From contig CALJDR010000022.1 of the NCBI GenBank assembly GCA_938023515.1, positions 27,226-91,225 on the forward strand: a stretch of DNA of 64,000 nucleotides, read 5' to 3'. Each line of letters begins with the position of its first letter. Position 1 is the first letter of the stretch. This document shows, piece after piece, positions 48,056 through 56,099 of this stretch. The notes beneath the pieces were generated by a model. It was given only the letters and a program-made list of their open reading frames with translations, was not told the DNA's origin and did not search any database. A program made the translations under genes and the position numbers. Source of the stretch: an uncultured Flavobacteriales bacterium. GTDB lineage: Bacteria; Bacteroidota; Bacteroidia; Flavobacteriales; UBA1820.

Positions 48056-48098
48056 CGTCCGGGCGCTCCTTTTTACGGAGCGCCCGGATGCTTTTTTT
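48056..48098 (+). terminator. Rho-independent terminator after the nagB pair
   Basis: CGTCCGGGCGCTCC-7 nt-GGAGCGCCCGGATG is followed by CTTTTTTT. Confidence 0.75.
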
Positions 48099-48236
48099 GT
48101 TTTTACACTTGCCTGTTTAATGCTTTTGCTATACATTAACACCGGGGATTCCATTCGACGGGGCCAATGGAAAACTTTTTGCTGGAAAACGTTCCGGAGA
48201 TATTTCAGGCCTTGAAATAATTTGAAAAATCGGGTT

Positions 48237-49070
48237 ATGGAGAAGAAAGGTTTTTGTTGGAGCCATGTGGTGGCGTTTTGTCTCTGTTTTCTTTTTGCAC
48301 CTGTGTGTTATGCGCAGGAACAGGAAGAGAATGCATTGATATGTATAGAAAAAGCGAAAGAAGGTGATCCGGCGGCACAACATGTTTTGGCGTGTTGTTA
48401 TGCCAATGGGAATGAGCTCCCCCAGGATATTGCGCAGGCGGTGTATTGGTGGCGCAAGTCGGCCGAACAAGGATATGCTCCCGGACAATACAATCTGGGC
48501 GTTTGTTACGAGAGAGGAGAGGGGGTTCCCCAAAATGCCAAGAAGGCTGTACGTTTGTACCGTAAATCGGCCGAGCAGGGGTATCCTAAGGCGCAATACA
48601 ATCTGGCGATCTGTTATGCCAATGGGAATGGGGTACCACGGGACCTTGGCCAAGCGGCACTTTGGTATGTGGAGGCGGCCAGTCGGGGTATGGTGGAGGC
48701 GCAGCATAATCTGGGAATATGTTATATGGAGGGGAGGGGGTTCGCTCCAAATCCCGAGCTGGCGGTGTATTGGTGGCGCCTGGCAGGCGAACAGGGAGAT
48801 GCCAAGGCTCAATGCAATTTGGGCATTTGCTATATGGTCGGCGCTGGAGTGGAAAAAGATGTTGACCAGGCAGTGTCTTGGTGGCGCAAGGCGGCGGATC
48901 AGGGCCTGGCGGAGGCGCAATATAATATGGGTATTACTTATGAGAATGGGGATGGAGTAGACAAGGACATCAGCGAGGCGGTTCGTTGGTATCGTAAGTC
49001 GGCGGATCAGGGGTATGTAAAAGCGCAAGTGGCACTTTCCCGTCTTGAAAGGACACCTCAGGAAGAATAA
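48237..49070 (+). CDS. Sel1-repeat (SLR) protein, secreted
   Basis: It has a signal peptide (FAPVCYAQ) followed by about 7 consecutive Sel1 repeats (AQxNLGxCYxxGxGVxxDxxxAVxWYRKSAEQG). Confidence 0.85.
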   Translation: MEKKGFCWSHVVAFCLCFLFAPVCYAQEQEENALICIEKAKEGDPAAQHVLACCYANGNELPQDIAQAVYWWRKSAEQGYAPGQYNLGVCYERGEGVPQNAKKAVRLYRKSAEQGYPKAQYNLAICYANGNGVPRDLGQAALWYVEAASRGMVEAQHNLGICYMEGRGFAPNPELAVYWWRLAGEQGDAKAQCNLGICYMVGAGVEKDVDQAVSWWRKAADQGLAEAQYNMGITYENGDGVDKDISEAVRWYRKSADQGYVKAQVALSRLERTPQEE

Positions 49071-49200
49071 GAGCTTCGGGAAAGGTTTCTCTGGTTGGAA
49101 TACATGGTGTCAGAGAGTCTAAAAGAAGTGGGATAATCTGCGAACGGCAGTGTGTTGCATCTGAATAAATTATTAATCGATAACTTAAAAACAAATAGAA

Positions 49201-49380
49201 ATGGACAATGTAGAAAAGGTATTTTCGACAATCAAATCGAGCGCCGAACCGCTCAACGCCGGTAAAGTGGTAGAATTGTCCGGTTTGGATCGCAAAGAAG
49301 TAGACAAAGCGATGGCGAAACTGAAAGCCGAAGGCAAAATAGAATCGCCCAAGCGCTGTTACTGGCAGGCGGCTAAATAA
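49201..49380 (+). CDS. Small (59 aa) winged-helix-like protein, absent from the supplied ORF track
   Basis: Hand translation gives MDNVEKVFSTIKSSAEPLNAGKVVELSGLDRKEVDKAMAKLKAEGKIESPKRCYWQAAK. It resembles short wHTH proteins (xGxxELxxxxGLxKKEVDKAxKxLKxEGKI) and is followed by a strong terminator. Confidence 0.55.
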   Translation: MDNVEKVFSTIKSSAEPLNAGKVVELSGLDRKEVDKAMAKLKAEGKIESPKRCYWQAAK

Positions 49381-49409
49381 GCTGTTCGTGCTCTTCAAAG
49401 CAAGTGAAA

Positions 49410-49443
49410 CGCCCCGATGAAAACTTCATCGGGGCGCTTTTTT
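49410..49443 (+). terminator. Rho-independent terminator after the 59-aa ORF
   Basis: CGCCCCGATGA-loop-TCATCGGGGCG is followed by CTTTTTT. Confidence 0.7.
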
Positions 49444-49454
49444 AAGAGGGATAA

Positions 49455-49492
49455 TGTCTAAAAATTGTACAATATTGTCTGAAAAATGGACA
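49455..49492. promoter_or_regulatory. Second pair of 17-bp TGTC-N9-(G/T)ACA sites, candidate UAS of the same activator
   Basis: The sites are TGTCTAAAAATTGTACA (49455-49471) and TGTCTGAAAAATGGACA (49476-49492), with starts 21 bp apart. The order is the same as at 11175-11212: the distal site ends TACA and the proximal site ends GACA. Confidence 0.5.
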
Positions 49493-49545
49493 TTTTTCGG
49501 GCGGACGTGAAAATTACTGATTTGGTAGTCAGAATATTATTAGGC

Positions 49546-49561
49546 TGGCATGTTTTTTGTA
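49546..49561 (+). promoter_or_regulatory. Sigma-54-like -24/-12 element (imperfect -12)
   Basis: TGGCATGTTTTTTGTA has the -24 TGGCA and correct spacing, but the -12 dinucleotide is GT rather than GC. It lies about 54 bp downstream of the paired sites and 110 nt upstream of the ATG at 49671. Confidence 0.4.
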
Positions 49562-49638
49562 TTTTGTAAAAAGGCAAAACAGGAGAGGAAAAGGTGTAAC
49601 TTTTTTCTTCCCTCGATAGTCTAATACTGAAACATAGA

Positions 49639-49646
49639 TATATTTG
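49639..49646 (+). promoter_or_regulatory. Candidate housekeeping -7 box (TATATTTG) proximal to the DUF4932-like gene
   Basis: It matches TAnnTTTG and ends 24 nt upstream of the ATG at 49671. Confidence 0.35.
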
Positions 49647-49670
49647 TCTAAACAATAAAACGGTTGTATT

Positions 49671-51110
49671 ATGAAAAAATGGTTGTTTTTATGGGTTTGC
49701 CTGTTGCCGATAGCGGGAGTGTGTGCCAAAGAAAAGGCTGCTGTCGGTGCGAAGGTCGATGAGCGGGTAGAGTTATTGAGCATCGTGTTCCGTCTGGCTG
49801 GTGCGCAGGAATATATGGCGAACGATGCCAAAGCCTACGTGGCCGACATCGAAAAATGGTTCGGGCCCTACAAGCAGGCTGCCCTTGTACAGTATGCGAA
49901 AAAGGTGCGCAGCCAATCCGGGATCGGCTACGATGCGGTGGCCCGGATGGCGGTACACCTGGAAGGGGAGGGCGGCAAGTATCGCCTGCCAAAAAACACC
50001 CTTGCTTCGTTGTGTGGCGATAGTCGGTGGAATAAAAAGAATGCCCAACAGTTTGTACGGCTGCTGAATGATTTTTATAAAAAGACCCGTTTTGACAAGT
50101 TCTTTAAAGAACATGAAGGCTGGTATAAGCAGATGACCGACCGATTCGACAATCAGATCGATTTCAACCGAGACTGGTACCCGGCATTCTACGGCGAACG
50201 CCCGGAAGGCGATTACCGCGTTATCCTGGGTTGTTCCAACGGACCCAGCAATTACGGTCCTTCTGTCGTTTCGGACGATGGCAAGAAAACGGTATATGCC
50301 GTTATGGGTTGTTGGGGATTCGATGCAGATACGGATTTGCCGGATTTTTCGACGGCTGTTTACGCCGCGACATTGATCCACGAGTTCAACCATTCGTTCG
50401 TCAACCACCTGATGGAAGAGGATGGTAATAAATCCCGTATGGAAGAAGCAGGTAAGAAAGTCATTACGGCGCTGAAGGACGAAATGTCGTCCCAGGCCTA
50501 TCCCCAGTGGTCTACGGTTTTCAACGAAGCGATCGTGCGTGCGGCCGTAGTGCGTTATATGCGCGACAACGGCTCTTCGCAGCAGGAGATAGACCAGGAG
50601 ATACGGACGCAGTGCAGCCGGTATTTCCTGTGGACGGCTGGGCTGGACAGTCTGTTGGGCGTGTATTCCGCCAATCGGGATAAATACCCGTCGCTGCGGA
50701 GTTTTTACCCGCGCATTATCGAGTTCTTCGACTCTGTGGGAGTGCATATCGATGAAATGAAAGCGGATTACCTGGCGCTTTGCCCGAAAGTGGTGAGCAT
50801 TTCACCCGATTTGAACGGCCGGGACGACGTAGACCCTTCGATCACGGAGCTAAAGGTTGTTTTCGACCGCCCTATCTTGGTTAACGCGCGCAATGCAGCA
50901 GGATTGATGGGGATAGACGGGTTGACGCATCCTTCAGGGGGGCGTAAAGACCGGGGAGAGGCCGAAGAAGAGTCGGATCATATGGTTTATTCCCTGAAAC
51001 TCAAACCGGATACCGAGTATGGTTTTACAGTGATCGGTTTCGCGGCGGCAACTAAAGAGGGATACCGCATCCAACCGCAGACCGTAAAGTTTAAGACCCG
51101 GAAAGAATAA
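49671..51110 (+). CDS. Secreted DUF4932-like protein with HExxH motif (putative zinc metalloprotease) and C-terminal Ig-like domain
   Basis: It has a signal peptide and the N-terminal block VDERVELLSIVFRLAG. The LIHEFNHSF HExxH motif lies at 50379-50393. The C-terminal ~120 aa look like a beta-sandwich. Confidence 0.7.
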   Translation: MKKWLFLWVCLLPIAGVCAKEKAAVGAKVDERVELLSIVFRLAGAQEYMANDAKAYVADIEKWFGPYKQAALVQYAKKVRSQSGIGYDAVARMAVHLEGEGGKYRLPKNTLASLCGDSRWNKKNAQQFVRLLNDFYKKTRFDKFFKEHEGWYKQMTDRFDNQIDFNRDWYPAFYGERPEGDYRVILGCSNGPSNYGPSVVSDDGKKTVYAVMGCWGFDADTDLPDFSTAVYAATLIHEFNHSFVNHLMEEDGNKSRMEEAGKKVITALKDEMSSQAYPQWSTVFNEAIVRAAVVRYMRDNGSSQQEIDQEIRTQCSRYFLWTAGLDSLLGVYSANRDKYPSLRSFYPRIIEFFDSVGVHIDEMKADYLALCPKVVSISPDLNGRDDVDPSITELKVVFDRPILVNARNAAGLMGIDGLTHPSGGRKDRGEAEEESDHMVYSLKLKPDTEYGFTVIGFAAATKEGYRIQPQTVKFKTRKE

Positions 51111-51123
51111 TTGCTGTCGAAAT

Positions 51124-51161
51124 AAAAAATCCGGAAAGGGAATTCCCTTTCCGGATTTTTT
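51124..51161. terminator. Bidirectional rho-independent terminator
   Basis: AAAAAATCCGGAAAGGG-AATT-CCCTTTCCGGATTTTTT sits between convergent genes. Confidence 0.75.
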
Positions 51162-51174
51162 ATGTCTTGTCCTT

Positions 51175-52041
51175 TTATTTTTCCAAAAATGCGGTCATTT
51201 CCTTTCTCAAGGCGTCGCTTCCGGCGACCAACGGCAGCCTTACGGCGTCCGAACACAGGGCCGCGATGCTCATGGCGGTCTTGATGCCGGCGGGGTTTCC
51301 CTCCCGGAACAGCAGGGCCATGAAGTCCAGGTATTTGTAATGGAGCCCCAGAGCCCGCATCGCGCGTCCCCGCATGGCGTCGCGGATCATGTCCGAAGTG
51401 TCCTTTGGGAAGAGGTTGGCCATTACGCTTATCACGCCTTGTGCTCCCATCAGGGTGGCGGGAACGCCCAAGGCGTCGTCGCCGGCGAAGACAGCAAATT
51501 CTTCCGGCCTGTCTTTGATCAGTTGCATCAGTTGGGGCATCGAACCTGAAGATTCCTTGATCCCGGCAATATTCCCGAATTTCCGCGCCAATTTCAGGGC
51601 TGTTTCCGGCTCCATGTTTACTCCCGTGCGGGCCGGGATGTTGTAAAGGATCACCGGAATGGGGCTCGCCTGAGCAATGGCGGCAAAGTGTTGGTATATG
51701 CCTTCCTGTGTAGGCCGGTTATAGTACGGCACGACCGAAAGGATAGCGGAGAATGCGCCGAGGTCTTCTTTGCGTAAAAAATGCACTACCTCCGCGGTGC
51801 TGTTGCCCCCGACGCCCAATACCAAAGGGACGCGGCCTTTGGCGGCGGTTACGACGCAATTGACGATCTGTTGTTTTTCTTCCTGGGACAAGGTCGCGGT
51901 TTCGGCCGTGGTACCCAGTACGATGATGAATTCCGCCCGCCCTTTGATGATGTTGTTTACGGTTCTGTCCAAGGCAGGAAAATCCACCTGTCCTTGCGAA
52001 GTAAACGGAGTAATAAGGGCTACGCCCGTTCCGGTAAGCAT
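51175..52041 (-). CDS. dapA: 4-hydroxy-tetrahydrodipicolinate synthase
   Basis: It carries GVALITPF and VLGTTAETATLS. A YNIPARTG-type block is also present, and the protein is 288 aa. Confidence 0.95.
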   Translation of the reverse strand: MLTGTGVALITPFTSQGQVDFPALDRTVNNIIKGRAEFIIVLGTTAETATLSQEEKQQIVNCVVTAAKGRVPLVLGVGGNSTAEVVHFLRKEDLGAFSAILSVVPYYNRPTQEGIYQHFAAIAQASPIPVILYNIPARTGVNMEPETALKLARKFGNIAGIKESSGSMPQLMQLIKDRPEEFAVFAGDDALGVPATLMGAQGVISVMANLFPKDTSDMIRDAMRGRAMRALGLHYKYLDFMALLFREGNPAGIKTAMSIAALCSDAVRLPLVAGSDALRKEMTAFLEK

Positions 52042-52059
52042 TTTTTCGGTCTTATCTGT

Positions 52060-52599
52060 TTATTTTCGGTTGATTTTACCCAAGCAGTCCAGCAGGCTGG
52101 CGAACGCTTCGGGGTTTTCGGGCCCGTCGGCGGGCATCGAGAACATGAAGTCGAACAGGTCTTCGTCTTTGTTGATCCCGATCTTGAATCCGGCTTTTGA
52201 TCCCCGGTCGATCTTTCCGGCTTTCGATCCGGTCGAAAGGCTCATGTCTATCAGGATGTCGAACGGTTTTTGAATGAAAGAGGATGCAGCGCCGTCCTTT
52301 ATCCGCCCGAAGAGCGAAAAATCCTTCGAGGTGCAAGGGATGTAAGGGATTTCCAGCGGGGGGAGCGTGCTTTTCTGCTTGTCCAGTCCCAGGATGGCCA
52401 GCGGGATATTAAAAGGTTTTACGGCCCGGAGGAAACCTTTGAGCAGGTCCCGGGAATGTTCGTTCTGCGCATCGAAAAGGATGCCGGCAGACCGGATGGC
52501 GGAAAGCCCTTCCGGGGCCGTTTTCCCCTTGGCCGGGGACTCCGGGCGATGCGCAGGGCGCTCCTCCTGCGAAGCTTCGAATTTTATATCGTCTATCAT
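52060..52599 (-). CDS. Hypothetical protein, co-oriented with and 18 nt upstream of dapA
   Basis: 179-aa ORF with coding-like composition. A TAATTTTG box (52623-52630, minus strand) lies 23 nt upstream. No family was recognised with confidence. Confidence 0.55.
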   Translation of the reverse strand: MIDDIKFEASQEERPAHRPESPAKGKTAPEGLSAIRSAGILFDAQNEHSRDLLKGFLRAVKPFNIPLAILGLDKQKSTLPPLEIPYIPCTSKDFSLFGRIKDGAASSFIQKPFDILIDMSLSTGSKAGKIDRGSKAGFKIGINKDEDLFDFMFSMPADGPENPEAFASLLDCLGKINRK

Positions 52600-52622
52600 C
52601 GGATTTTTGCGGATATTACATT

Positions 52623-52640
52623 CAAAATTAGTTATTTTTG
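52623..52640. promoter_or_regulatory. Back-to-back divergent -7 boxes
   Basis: CAAAATTA (reverse complement TAATTTTG, minus strand) and TATTTTTG (52633-52640, plus strand) serve the divergent genes starting at 52599 and 52672. Confidence 0.35.
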
Positions 52641-52671
52641 CCTATTCCAAATATCACAATACCATAAAAGG

Positions 52672-53445
52672 ATGTTAAATAATAAAGTAGCCTCTCTGAC
52701 AGCCGTTTTGGTTGCCGTTTTCCTTTTGGGCGGGTGCTCGGACTCCCGTTACAAAGTGGAAAAGATCACGGCCCGGCATATCGAAGTATCGCCCGGAGTG
52801 CCCGAAGACCCCCGGATCGCGCAATTTTTAGAACCCTACCGGGACAGCCTGTCCGCTCAGTTGGACCAGGTGATATCGTACAGCCCCGAATTTCTGGCCA
52901 AGAACGACCGAAACGGCACTTTGGGAGCGTGGCTTTCCGATCTGAGTATCGTCCAGGTCGGCAATTACTTGGCGCAAAAAGGGATCAAAGAGCCGATAGA
53001 CGTAGCGCTGTTCAACGCCGGCGGAGTGCGCACTTCACTGCCCCAGGGGGATCTGAAGCGCAGTTTCGTGTACGAGATCATGCCTTTTGAAAATACGTAT
53101 GTACTGGTAAAACTCAAGGGCGAGCAGATGCAGGAGATGTTCCGTTATCTGGCCGACTATGTATCCCGTGGTACTTTCCACCCGCTGGGGGGTATGTGCC
53201 TGACGATACAGGGCGGCGGGAGCGATCTTTCGGCGGTGATCGGCGGAAAAAAATTCGACCCTCGAAAAGAATACAACGTCCTTACGACAGACTTTTTGCT
53301 CAAAGGCGGGGACAATATGAACTTTTTCGCCCAGAATCAGGGCGTGCTCGAAACTGGGCTGAAAATGCGCGAGTCCATCATGGATTTTCTTGCCGTCACC
53401 GATACGATAACGATACCAAAAGACCTCAGATATGAAATCAAGTAG
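52672..53445 (+). CDS. 5'-nucleotidase C-terminal (substrate-binding) domain lipoprotein
   Basis: It has a lipoprotein signal (FLLGGCSD) and UshA C-domain-like blocks (GAWLSDL, NAGGVR, DFLLKGGDNM). The 5' part of the 391-aa track ORF is an antisense extension. Confidence 0.8.
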   Translation: MLNNKVASLTAVLVAVFLLGGCSDSRYKVEKITARHIEVSPGVPEDPRIAQFLEPYRDSLSAQLDQVISYSPEFLAKNDRNGTLGAWLSDLSIVQVGNYLAQKGIKEPIDVALFNAGGVRTSLPQGDLKRSFVYEIMPFENTYVLVKLKGEQMQEMFRYLADYVSRGTFHPLGGMCLTIQGGGSDLSAVIGGKKFDPRKEYNVLTTDFLLKGGDNMNFFAQNQGVLETGLKMRESIMDFLAVTDTITIPKDLRYEIK

Positions 53446-54295
53446 GATCATCCAACTTTCGGTGGCCGCCATAATAGTGGTAGCTGCCGGTGTCACCGTT
53501 TTCGAAGGGGGATTCGGCCACGGGGAGAAGACCATCACGATACTGCACACCAACGATACGCACAGCCAGATATTCCCCATCGCGGACGACAAGGGCAAAT
53601 GGGCTGGTTATGGCGGGTATGCCAAGCGGGCTTACCTGATCAACGAAATCCGGGACAAGGACCACGGCGTATTGCTGTTCGATTCGGGCGACTTCAGCCA
53701 GGGAACGCCCTATTTCAATTTCTTCAAGGGCAATATAGAAGTGGATGCTATGGGGCAGATGGGCTACAATGCCGCTACTCTGGGCAACCACGAGTTCGAT
53801 AACGGGGTGGCCGAGCTGGCGCGCCGGGCCGACCGGGCGAAATTTCCCCTGCTGTCCGCCAATTACGGCTTTGGCGGCTCCCCGATGGAAGGAAAGACTT
53901 TGCCGTTCAAGATATTTGACGTCAAGGGAGTAAAAGTAGGCGTATTCGGCCTGACGGTCAACGTACAGGGAATGGTCGAGGCCGACCACACGAAAGGAGC
54001 GGTTTATAAAGACCCGATCGCATCCGCCCAATGGGCGGCCGACACCCTTCGTTCGTTGGGGGTCGATGTGGTAGTGGCTCTCTCGCATCTGGGGGAACAT
54101 ACGACACCTTATTATGTAGGCGACGATTCGCTGGCGGCCAAAACGTCGGGCATCGACCTGATATTGGGCGGACATTCGCATACCGACGGTATCAGTACTG
54201 TCCCGAACAAGATCGGCGAAAATGTCACGATTATCCAGGAAGCCAGCCAGGGGCGCCTTTTGGGCCGTATCGATATCACCGTAAAGAAGCGGTAG
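53432..54295 (+). CDS. 5'-nucleotidase N-terminal metallophosphatase domain protein
   Basis: It carries ILHTNDTHS, DSGDFSQGTPYFN, GNHEFDNG and GGHSH. It overlaps the previous gene by 14 nt. Confidence 0.85.
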   Translation: MKSSRIIQLSVAAIIVVAAGVTVFEGGFGHGEKTITILHTNDTHSQIFPIADDKGKWAGYGGYAKRAYLINEIRDKDHGVLLFDSGDFSQGTPYFNFFKGNIEVDAMGQMGYNAATLGNHEFDNGVAELARRADRAKFPLLSANYGFGGSPMEGKTLPFKIFDVKGVKVGVFGLTVNVQGMVEADHTKGAVYKDPIASAQWAADTLRSLGVDVVVALSHLGEHTTPYYVGDDSLAAKTSGIDLILGGHSHTDGISTVPNKIGENVTIIQEASQGRLLGRIDITVKKR

Positions 54296-54305
54296 GAGGC
54301 CGGGA

Positions 54306-55217
54306 ATGACGGGAAAGAATAAAAAAGTGGATATAGGAGCCTGGGCTTATGCCCTTCGCCTGCGTACGTTACCGCTATCTTCGGCCGGTACGGTAATGGC
54401 GGCGGGGATCGCGGGTAGTATGGGAGTGTTCCGGTGGAGCATTTTCCTGCTTATGTTCTTTACGGCCAACCTACTTCAGATACTCTCCAACATGGCCAAC
54501 GATTACGGGGACTATGTCAAGGGTACGGACGGGCAGTCGCGGATAGGCCCCCGGCGGGCATTGGCCTCCGGGAGGATCACGGCCGGGGCCTTTGTCAAAG
54601 GGATGCTCGTGGTATGCCTGCTGACTATGGTCACAGGGTTGGCCCTGGTGCTGGTGTCTTTCGGGCTGAAGGGGATCGGCTATGTGCTGTTGTTCCTCCT
54701 GCTGGGGGCAGCGAGTATCGTGGCGGCGGTAAAATATACCGTAGGGCGGAAGGCCTATGGTTACCATGGCTTAGGCGAAGTTTTCGTATTCCTGTTCTTC
54801 GGGATAGTAGCCGTGACAGGGGGACTTTTCCTCTATACGGCGCGGCTGGATATGCTTTCGCTACTGCCGGCGTCGGCTATCGGTCTGCTGTCTGCCGGGG
54901 TACTCAACCTGAACAATATGCGGGATGCGGATGGCGACCGTCAGGCGGGTAAGCATACCCTTGCGTCCCGGATGTCCCTGGGTGCGGGGAAAGCGTTCCA
55001 GTGTGCGATGGTCACCTTGGCGATGGTATTGGTGGTAGCCTATATGGGGATGACCTATCATGCCTCCCTGTGGTACCTCCCGGCGGCATTGTGTCTGATA
55101 AATGTACCGCTTACACTCCAGATAAGGGAACGGATCGATGCCGACCGATTGCTCAAAGTCCTTTCGGTAAGTACTCTGGCAATGGCAGCGGTCTTTTCTA
55201 TTGTGCTGAATGTGTGA
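54306..55217 (+). CDS. menA: 1,4-dihydroxy-2-naphthoate polyprenyltransferase (UbiA superfamily)
   Basis: It has about 8-9 TM helices, the Asp-rich motif NDYGDYVKGTD and a second motif NNMRDADGD. Confidence 0.85.
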   Translation: MTGKNKKVDIGAWAYALRLRTLPLSSAGTVMAAGIAGSMGVFRWSIFLLMFFTANLLQILSNMANDYGDYVKGTDGQSRIGPRRALASGRITAGAFVKGMLVVCLLTMVTGLALVLVSFGLKGIGYVLLFLLLGAASIVAAVKYTVGRKAYGYHGLGEVFVFLFFGIVAVTGGLFLYTARLDMLSLLPASAIGLLSAGVLNLNNMRDADGDRQAGKHTLASRMSLGAGKAFQCAMVTLAMVLVVAYMGMTYHASLWYLPAALCLINVPLTLQIRERIDADRLLKVLSVSTLAMAAVFSIVLNV

Positions 55218-55221
55218 TCTT

Positions 55222-55953
55222 CTAAATGTGCAGGACGTTTGCGATGTCCCAGAACGCAGTGATCTGGGAAAGCCCGCAGGCGATATCCGGGAAGGTAGCT
55301 TTGTCCGGATTGAGGGCTGAAAGGATATACATGTCTGTTTGTCCGGCATAGCATCCGGTGAGCCGGATCACAGGTTCTGTTTCTTTCAATACGATGAGCA
55401 TCAGGCGCTTTTCGGCATCCTTCAGGCTTTTCAAGGTACTTTCCGGGCAATGGGTTATCTGAAGGTATTCCCCTTGGTGGTATCCGGGATGGAGACTGTC
55501 GTCGGTGATCTTTACCAATGCGTCGTCCTTGTGGCGCAGGAAGTGTTTTTCGAGCATGAACCAGCGGGTGGGCAGGGAATTCTCCTGCCGGAAGAAAAAT
55601 TCCGAAGCGCTTTCGAATATCCTTACCGGGACTTTTGCCTGGTAAAAGTCGGCAGGCGCATTGTAGTACGGATGCGGTTCGGCCACCGCCGACATATTTG
55701 CCGTATGGGGCTCGTCGATGTAAATGCTGCCGTGTCCGCATACCAGCCAGTTGAGGTTTAGGGCGGGGTACTTTTTGGCAACCTTGCACAGGGTGCCGGT
55801 ATTCATCCCTTTATCGGCCGAGCGGAAATATCCGTTCCCCAGATCGAGCATCTTTTCTATTTCGCGGTTGCTGGATAGGCCTGTCATCCGGCAGAAGGCC
55901 AAAAGCCTTCCCTTGGGTGTGTCCGTATCTATTTCCGTAAAATCCCTGGACAT
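55222..55953 (-). CDS. CI/LexA-like protein: N-terminal HTH plus degenerate S24-peptidase-like C-terminal domain
   Basis: The N-terminus reads RLLAFCRMTGLSSNREIEKMLDLGNGYF (HTH-like). The C-terminus reads VKITDDSLHPGYHQGEYLQI (compare GDSMxPxxxxGD) and PVIRL where TVKRL is expected. Confidence 0.5.
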   Translation of the reverse strand: MSRDFTEIDTDTPKGRLLAFCRMTGLSSNREIEKMLDLGNGYFRSADKGMNTGTLCKVAKKYPALNLNWLVCGHGSIYIDEPHTANMSAVAEPHPYYNAPADFYQAKVPVRIFESASEFFFRQENSLPTRWFMLEKHFLRHKDDALVKITDDSLHPGYHQGEYLQITHCPESTLKSLKDAEKRLMLIVLKETEPVIRLTGCYAGQTDMYILSALNPDKATFPDIACGLSQITAFWDIANVLHI

Positions 55954-56062
55954 AATGTTCGTTGATGGTCTGGCACCAAATGTAAGAAATAATTTGCAAC
56001 TCGAGCCTTAACAACAAGCAAGGGCAGACCAAATATTTTTGTTCTTTATGTCCTTCTTGATG

Positions 56063-56070
56063 TATATTTG
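56063..56070 (+). promoter_or_regulatory. Candidate -7 box (TATATTTG) for nadK
   Basis: It matches TAnnTTTG and ends 29 nt upstream of the ATG at 56100. Confidence 0.4.
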
Positions 56071-56099
56071 CCGTATTACGAACTTTTTAATCGTACCAG

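Noticed and set aside
52270-52671. 5' 134 codons of the 391-aa track ORF 52270-53445
   Set aside because: This part is antisense to the 52060-52599 gene and crosses the promoter region. The recognisable 5'-nucleotidase C-domain protein begins with its lipoprotein signal at the ATG at 52672.
55971-55998. TGGCAC ... TTGCA near the start of the CI/LexA-like gene
   Set aside because: The two elements are 17 nt apart instead of 5, which is incompatible with a -24/-12 promoter.
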